Part shown: one piece after another, positions 52,451 through 57,397 of the stretch
Layout: each line of letters begins with the position of its first letter
Position numbering within the stretch: the first letter of the stretch is position 1
The notes under the pieces: generated by a model
The model's input: only the letters and a program-made list of their open reading frames with translations
Databases searched by the model: none
Told to the model about the DNA's origin: nothing
Position numbers and translations under genes: made by a program
NCBI GenBank assembly: GCA_035249485.1
Contig: DATFGK010000110.1
Span: 1-57,397 of the forward strand
Direction: 5' to 3'
Origin: Actinomycetota bacterium
GTDB taxonomy: Bacteria > Actinomycetota > AC-67
Length of the DNA: 57,397 nucleotides

Positions 52451-53566
52451 ATGAGGGTCTTTCACGTCGCCGGAGCGCGTCCCAACTTCATGAAGGTCGC
52501 GCCCGTCGTTCGTGCGCTCGAGCAGCGCGGCGTTCACGTCGAACTCGTGCACACGGGTCAGCATTACGATCGCGACATGTCGTCGGCGTTCTTCGTCGAT
52601 CTGGGAATGCGAGAGCCGGATGTGCATCTCGAGGTCGGGTCGGCGTCTCACGCCGTCCAAACCGCTCGCGTGATGGAGCGACTGGAGCCGGTGCTCCTCG
52701 ATCGGAATCCCGATCTCGTCGTCGTCGTCGGGGACGTCAACTCCACGCTCGCCGCCGCGCTCGTCTGTGCGAAGCTCGATGTGCCCGTCGCACACGTCGA
52801 AGCGGGCTTGCGGAGCTTCGATCGGACGATGCCCGAGGAGATCAACCGCGTCCTCACCGATCAGGTCTCCGAGCTTCTGTTCACGACGTCGCCTGAGGCG
52901 GAGGCGAACCTGCTCCGCGAAGGGATCGCCGGCTCTCGGATCCATTTCGTCGGGAACCCGATGATCGACTCGCTGGAGCTGCATCTCGAACGCGCCCGGC
53001 GCTCGGACGTCCTCGACCGGCTGGGGATCGACGAGCACGGCTACGGCCTCGTCACACTGCACCGGCCGTCCAACGTCGACGATCCCGCCGTGCTCGAAGG
53101 TCTGCTCGAGGCATTCGCCGATCTGTCGCGCCGGATCCCGATCGTCTTTCCGGCTCATCCACGAACGACGAAGATGATCGAGCGGTTCGGCCTCGAACAT
53201 CTAACGAAGCCCGCGGACGACGCGGTCCGGGGGGTCGCCATCACCGAGCCGCTCGGCTACCTGGACTTCCTGCGTTTGATCGCCGGGGCGCGTTTCGTCC
53301 TCACCGACTCCGGCGGGATCCAAGAGGAGACGACGATCCTCGGCGTTCCCTGCCTCACGCTGCGCTCGAACACGGAGCGGCCGATCACGATCGAGATGGG
53401 GACCAACAAGCTCGTCGGCTCGAACCCAGCCAGGATCAAAGAGGAAGCGGACGCGATCCTGAGCCGTCCGAGCGCCGCGACGCAGGCGAGACCGCCGCTG
53501 TGGGACGGGAAATCGGGGGAACGGATCGCGGACGTGATCGTCGCCTGGGGCGGGCGGCCTGAGTAG
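52451..53566 (+). CDS. wecB: UDP-N-acetylglucosamine 2-epimerase (non-hydrolysing)
   Basis: MRVFHVAGARPNFMKVAPV..AL......L.HTGQHYD..MS..FF.DLG...PD..L.VGS.SHA.QTA......E......PD.V.V.GD.NST...AL.A.KL..PVAHVEAGLRSFD..MPEEINR...D. Confidence 0.95.
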   Translation: MRVFHVAGARPNFMKVAPVVRALEQRGVHVELVHTGQHYDRDMSSAFFVDLGMREPDVHLEVGSASHAVQTARVMERLEPVLLDRNPDLVVVVGDVNSTLAAALVCAKLDVPVAHVEAGLRSFDRTMPEEINRVLTDQVSELLFTTSPEAEANLLREGIAGSRIHFVGNPMIDSLELHLERARRSDVLDRLGIDEHGYGLVTLHRPSNVDDPAVLEGLLEAFADLSRRIPIVFPAHPRTTKMIERFGLEHLTKPADDAVRGVAITEPLGYLDFLRLIAGARFVLTDSGGIQEETTILGVPCLTLRSNTERPITIEMGTNKLVGSNPARIKEEADAILSRPSAATQARPPLWDGKSGERIADVIVAWGGRPE

Positions 53567-53573
53567 CACGACC

Positions 53574-54788
53574 GTGCGCGTTTGCATGCTCGTGCGGAAC
53601 CTCTTCGTACGAGATGCGCGCGTGCTCAGGGAGGCAAGGTCCCTGGTGCAGGCGGGCCACGACGTGACGGTGATCGCCCTCGGAACGAGTGCGATGCCGC
53701 GACGCGAGGAACGCGACGGCATCCGGGTGATCCGTGTTCCCGCCGGTCGCCTCGCCGGTCCCACGATCCTCGGCGCGGGGAGCGGCGGCGGTGACGCTGC
53801 ACCACGGAAGGCGCGATCGCGCCCGCCGATACTCGTCTGGCTGCGGGACCGGTTGCTCGGGGCGCGGATGGCGCGTGCCGCCGCGTCGATCTCTGCGGAC
53901 GTCTTCCACGCTCACGACCTCAACACGCTCGAACCCGCGCGCCGGGCCGCACGGCGGCGCGGTGCCGCGCTCGTGTTCGACGCCCACGAGCTCTACACCG
54001 AGCTGCCCGGGCTCGGCGACGGCGAACGCCGGCGGTGGGAGCGTTTGGAACGTGCCCTGATCCGAGAAGCCGACGCGGTGATCGTTCCGTCTCCATCGCG
54101 AGGTGACGTCCTCGTGGAGCGTTACGGGATACCAACACCGGTCGTCGTGATGAACTGCCCCGACCGGTCGCCGCCGCCTGATCCCGCCGCCGGCCCGCTG
54201 GCGCCGCTGCGGCGCGGCGGCGAACGGCTGCTGGTCTATGCGGGTGGGTTCATCGAAGGGCGCGGACTCGAGAACCTGATCCGCGCTGTTCCGTTGGTCG
54301 ACGCGACGCGGCTCGTCATGATCGGGTGGGGCCCGGTCGAGCCCGTGCTGCGCGAGATCGCACGGAACGACGGGGTCGCGGAGCGGGTGACGTTCCTCGC
54401 TCCCGTCGACCCGGACGAGGTCGTCCCGACGATCGCCGGCGCGGACGTCGGCCTCGCTCCGTATCTACCGATCGGCTTGAACAACGAACTGGCGGCCCCC
54501 AACAAGCTGTTCGAATACCTGCACGCGGGCCTCGCGGTTGCCGCCAGCGACGTTCCCGACGTCCGTCGCGTCGTCGAGGGCCTCGCCGTCGGCGAGCTCT
54601 TCGACGCGAGCGACCCGTCGTCCGTTGCGGCGGCCGTCCGGCGGCTGATCGCCGACGACCGGACTCTCGCGGCATGCCGGGAGCGAGCGAGGGCGGCTGC
54701 GGATCGATACACGTGGGAGGCACAGGCGGCGGTACTGTTGCGGACCTACGAAGAGCTCGCCGCGACGGTTCGAACCAAGGTGCCATGA
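53574..54788 (+). CDS. GT4-family glycosyltransferase
   Basis: GTG start. MRVCMLVRNLF.RDARVLREA.SL..AGHDVTVIA... HAHDLNTL..A... C-terminal ...PNKLFEYLHAGLAVAASD. Confidence 0.85.
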   Translation: MRVCMLVRNLFVRDARVLREARSLVQAGHDVTVIALGTSAMPRREERDGIRVIRVPAGRLAGPTILGAGSGGGDAAPRKARSRPPILVWLRDRLLGARMARAAASISADVFHAHDLNTLEPARRAARRRGAALVFDAHELYTELPGLGDGERRRWERLERALIREADAVIVPSPSRGDVLVERYGIPTPVVVMNCPDRSPPPDPAAGPLAPLRRGGERLLVYAGGFIEGRGLENLIRAVPLVDATRLVMIGWGPVEPVLREIARNDGVAERVTFLAPVDPDEVVPTIAGADVGLAPYLPIGLNNELAAPNKLFEYLHAGLAVAASDVPDVRRVVEGLAVGELFDASDPSSVAAAVRRLIADDRTLAACRERARAAADRYTWEAQAAVLLRTYEELAATVRTKVP

Positions 54789-56398
54789 CCATCACGGGAC
54801 GGCCCGACGCGCAGGAAACGGATGTGAACGCCGGCGCGGGCCCGAACCGAAGGTTCCTCGCCGGCGTCTATGGGCTCTATCTGCGCCGGATGGGCGCCTT
54901 CGCGATCATCGTCGGGTCGGGGGTGCGCATCCAGCAGTTCCTTTTCCGACGGTCGCTGTGGCTCGACGAAGCGGCGCTTGCGGTCAGCATCGTCGGCCGC
55001 TCATACGAAGACCTGCTGGACCCCCTCGCGTTCGGCCAGATCGCCCCCGCCGGGTTCCTCTGGATCGAGCGCTTCATGGTCGGCCTCGTTGGCGACAACG
55101 AGTACGGCCTCCGGCTGTTCCCACTCTTGAGCGGGATCGCCTCGCTGGTGCTCTTCCACCGGCTCTCACGCCGCGTGCTTTCGCCTGCCGTTGCCCCTCT
55201 CGCGACGATCCTGTTCGCGATCACGTCGACGGCGGTGTACTACTCGGGTGAGGTCAAGCCGTATTCGAGTGACGTTCTCGCGACGCTCGCGGTCCTGAAC
55301 CTCGGCGAGGCGATGCTCCGTCCCGGGCCGATCCCTCGCCGGACGGCGCTCGCTTTCGGGGGGCTCGGTGCGATCCTCATCTGGATCTCGTATCCGGTCG
55401 TCTTCGTGATGGCGGGGGTCGGAATAACGGTCGCTCTCTACCATCTCCTCGCGAAGCAGTGGACCAACGTTGCGCTCCTCGCCGCGGCCGGTGTTTCGTG
55501 GGGGGCGAGCTTGCTGGGCACCTGGGCGCTCGCTCAGCGTTACATCCAGTCGAACCCTGCGACGGTCGAGTACTGGGCCGTGGGGTTCCCGCCCGACGGC
55601 GCCTCGCTCCGTGGCTTCCTGTCGTGGCTCGGCACCCGTGCCGAGGAGGTGATGGTTGCCCCGGTGGGCCTGTCCCTCGTCGGGCTCGGGTTGATCCTGT
55701 GCGCTCTCGGTGCGGCGGCGCTGGTGGCGCGGAAGCGCGTGTTACACCTTCTCCTCGTTGCTTCGGCGTTCCCGTTCACGATCGCCGGCTCGATCGTGGG
55801 CGTGTATCCCATCCATCGCCGGCTGTTGATGTTCGTCGTTCCGCTCGTCGTGTTACTGCTCGCAGCGTCGGCGGATTGGCCGCTTCGAGGCCGGCTCCGG
55901 TTCCTAACCGTCGCGTTCATCGTGCCGCTGATCGTCGTCTCGACGGTCCCCGCCGAGCGCTTCTGGCGGCTTTCACAGGAACCGGTCACGAACGAGGAAG
56001 CCCGCGTGATATTCGAAGAGGTCGCGCGCGGATGGAGGGCAGGGGACGCGCTCTACATCCACCCGGCTGCGGAGGCCGCGTACCGTTACTACGCGCCGCG
56101 CGTACCCGTTCGGGCATCGGGGATGATCGCTGCAAGCGCGGACCGGTGCCGTCTTGACGCGGCGCTGGCGCCGCTGCGGGAAGCCCGACGGGTTTGGTTC
56201 GTGTTCTCCCATCCCAGCCGGGTGCGCGAATGGATGATCATCCGCTCGTTCATGGGGATCGTCGGCCGGCCGGCTGGGGCGACCTTCGCTCACGGCGCGG
56301 AGGTGTACCTCTACGAGATGGGCTCACCTGCCGACCCGTCGGGCCGTGAGGTCATCCGCAACCGCTCGATCCGCTGCGCCGAGATCCGTCCCGTGTGA
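54785..56398 (+). CDS. GT-C-fold membrane glycosyltransferase (PMT_2/ArnT/GT39-like)
   Basis: ATGA overlap upstream. About 10-11 hydrophobic segments. The first-loop motif RSLWLDEAALAVS is a DE motif as in ArnT/PMT-type GT-C enzymes. The C-terminal ~150 aa form a soluble domain. Confidence 0.65.
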   Translation: MTITGRPDAQETDVNAGAGPNRRFLAGVYGLYLRRMGAFAIIVGSGVRIQQFLFRRSLWLDEAALAVSIVGRSYEDLLDPLAFGQIAPAGFLWIERFMVGLVGDNEYGLRLFPLLSGIASLVLFHRLSRRVLSPAVAPLATILFAITSTAVYYSGEVKPYSSDVLATLAVLNLGEAMLRPGPIPRRTALAFGGLGAILIWISYPVVFVMAGVGITVALYHLLAKQWTNVALLAAAGVSWGASLLGTWALAQRYIQSNPATVEYWAVGFPPDGASLRGFLSWLGTRAEEVMVAPVGLSLVGLGLILCALGAAALVARKRVLHLLLVASAFPFTIAGSIVGVYPIHRRLLMFVVPLVVLLLAASADWPLRGRLRFLTVAFIVPLIVVSTVPAERFWRLSQEPVTNEEARVIFEEVARGWRAGDALYIHPAAEAAYRYYAPRVPVRASGMIAASADRCRLDAALAPLREARRVWFVFSHPSRVREWMIIRSFMGIVGRPAGATFAHGAEVYLYEMGSPADPSGREVIRNRSIRCAEIRPV

Positions 56399-56418
56399 AG
56401 CCGCGGGCGACGAGATCC

Positions 56419-57396
56419 TCAGCCGCTCCAGCGGCCTGCGACGGGGAATGCGGAGCCGGCGCCGAACTCGAAGTCGACATCGATCGCTCCGTCCAGGCCG
56501 TTGCTCAGCATCCATCGTTCCCCGTCGACGAGGGCGGGCGTGTCCTTGCCGTCGCCGTCCCAGTCCCCTGCGAGGGGGGTTGCGGAGCCGTCTCCGAACG
56601 TGAGGACGATCTCGGCGATGCCGTCGAAGTCGTTGTTCAGGTACCAGGTTGAGCCGCGCACGACGCCCGGCGTATCGACGCCGTCGCCGTCCCAGTCGCC
56701 GACGACCGGCACGTCGGTGGCGTTCCCCATGGCGAACGTCTTCGTCGCGAGCGGTCCGAACTCGTCGTTGAGGTACCAGATGTTGCCGCGCACCACGCCG
56801 GGTGAGTCGATCCCGTCGCCGTCCCAGTCGCCGACGACGGGACGGTCTCCCGTGTTTCCGTACCCGAACGAGTGCTCGGCGGTGCTGTCGAAACCGTTGT
56901 TGAGGTGCCAGGTGTTCGTGCGGAAGACGCCGGGCGAGTCCCAGCCGTCCCCGTCCCAGTCTCCCGCGAGAGGGATATCCGTCGGATTCCCGAAGGTGAT
57001 ATCCGCGTCGGCGCTACTGTCGAAGCCGGTGTTGAAGCTCCACGTCGCGTCGTCCACCCGTGCCGGGGTCGAATGCGCGGGACCCCGCCAGTTGCCGACG
57101 ACGGGCACGTCACTCGGGTTGCCGTACGCGAAGACGATGTCGGCCAGGCCGTCCTCCCCGTTGTTGAGGTACCAGGTGACACCGCGACGCACGCCGGCAG
57201 TTTCGGTTCCGTCGCCGTCCCAGTCGCCCACGACGTGCTGGTCGGTGGCGTTGCCGTAGAGGAAGCTCGTCTCGGCGATGCCGTCGTATCCCTCGTTCAG
57301 GTACCACCGATTGGCACGGACGAGTCCGGGGGTGTCCTTCCCGTCGCCGTCCCAGTCGCCGGCGATGGGGATGTCGGTCGAGCTGCCGAAGGCGAA
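56419..57396 (-). CDS. FG-GAP/integrin-alpha-like repeat protein (GDWDGDG calcium-loop repeats), C-terminal part; gene continues beyond the right edge
   Basis: The reading frame is open from the window edge to TGA at 56419..56421. It contains 7 units of G(D/N)W(D/R)GDG.(D/E)(T/S)PG(V/L).R...W.LNN.FDG.A...F.(F/Y)G...D.P.. Confidence 0.75.
   Translation of the reverse strand, partial: FAFGSSTDIPIAGDWDGDGKDTPGLVRANRWYLNEGYDGIAETSFLYGNATDQHVVGDWDGDGTETAGVRRGVTWYLNNGEDGLADIVFAYGNPSDVPVVGNWRGPAHSTPARVDDATWSFNTGFDSSADADITFGNPTDIPLAGDWDGDGWDSPGVFRTNTWHLNNGFDSTAEHSFGYGNTGDRPVVGDWDGDGIDSPGVVRGNIWYLNDEFGPLATKTFAMGNATDVPVVGDWDGDGVDTPGVVRGSTWYLNNDFDGIAEIVLTFGDGSATPLAGDWDGDGKDTPALVDGERWMLSNGLDGAIDVDFEFGAGSAFPVAGRWSG
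56440..57396 (-). repeat. Tandem in-frame 132-nt (44-codon) repeat array, at least 7 units
   Basis: The plus-strand pentamer CCAGT inside GTCCCAGTC recurs at 56560, 56692, 56824, 56956, 57088, 57220 and 57352. The spacing is exactly 132 nt each time. Confidence 0.85.
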
Positions 57397-57397
57397 C

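Noticed and set aside
1-57397. Search for CRISPR arrays, tRNA/rRNA genes, transposases, integrases, phage genes, toxin-antitoxin or known defence-system signatures
   Set aside because: None was recognised. Coding density leaves no room for arrays. The only tandem repeat is the in-frame 132-nt protein repeat at the right edge. No DDE/tyrosine-recombinase, Walker-A ATPase/nuclease pairs or similar were seen in any frame.

Overview
This is a high-GC, very gene-dense window with Actinobacteria-like gene content. GTG and TTG starts are frequent, and many adjacent genes overlap by 1-8 nt at stop/start. I ran no database search; every call comes from reading the six-frame translations and the DNA by eye. 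I recognised no rRNA, tRNA, CRISPR array, transposase or integrase. The left part (about 2-23 kb) carries acyl-CoA and C4/C5 carbon metabolism genes: acyl-CoA dehydrogenase, crotonyl-CoA carboxylase/reductase (ccr), thiolase, methylmalonyl-CoA epimerase, carboxyltransferase PccB, a possible epsilon subunit, a family III CoA-transferase, an SDR, a tandem-fused double 3-hydroxyacyl-CoA dehydrogenase and the B12 mutase MeaA/Ecm. Together these give an ethylmalonyl-CoA-pathway signature, oddly interleaved with envelope glycosylation genes. The right part (23.0-56.4 kb) is one long cell-envelope glycopolymer supercluster. It contains dTDP-sugar genes (rmlA, rmlB, rmlD; no rmlC seen), a ManB-like NDP-sugar pyrophosphorylase, wecB plus a nucleotide-sugar dehydrogenase, and an LCP ligase. 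It also holds about 10 GT2/GT4 domains, two GT-C membrane transferases (a YfhO-type and a PMT/ArnT-like one), two MprF-flippase-domain (UPF0104) proteins and two paralogous LtaS/sulfatase-like membrane proteins. The window is unusually dense in SAM-methyltransferase(-like) domains (8 in total). The most interesting signal is a set of four enzymes carrying coiled-coil segments, each next to a basic amphipathic W(R/K)-type helix. This set includes a methyltransferase and a degenerate methyltransferase paralogue fused to two GT2 domains. A protein-kinase-like domain fused to a methyltransferase lies nearby. Together these resemble the WbdD/WbbB 'molecular ruler / chain terminator' logic of Gram-negative O-antigen synthesis. 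Here, however, the context is LCP-dependent, and no Wzm/Wzt, Wzx/Wzy or initiating phosphoglycosyltransferase is visible in the window. The right edge carries a protein built from a perfectly phased 132-nt (44-aa) GDWDGDG repeat.
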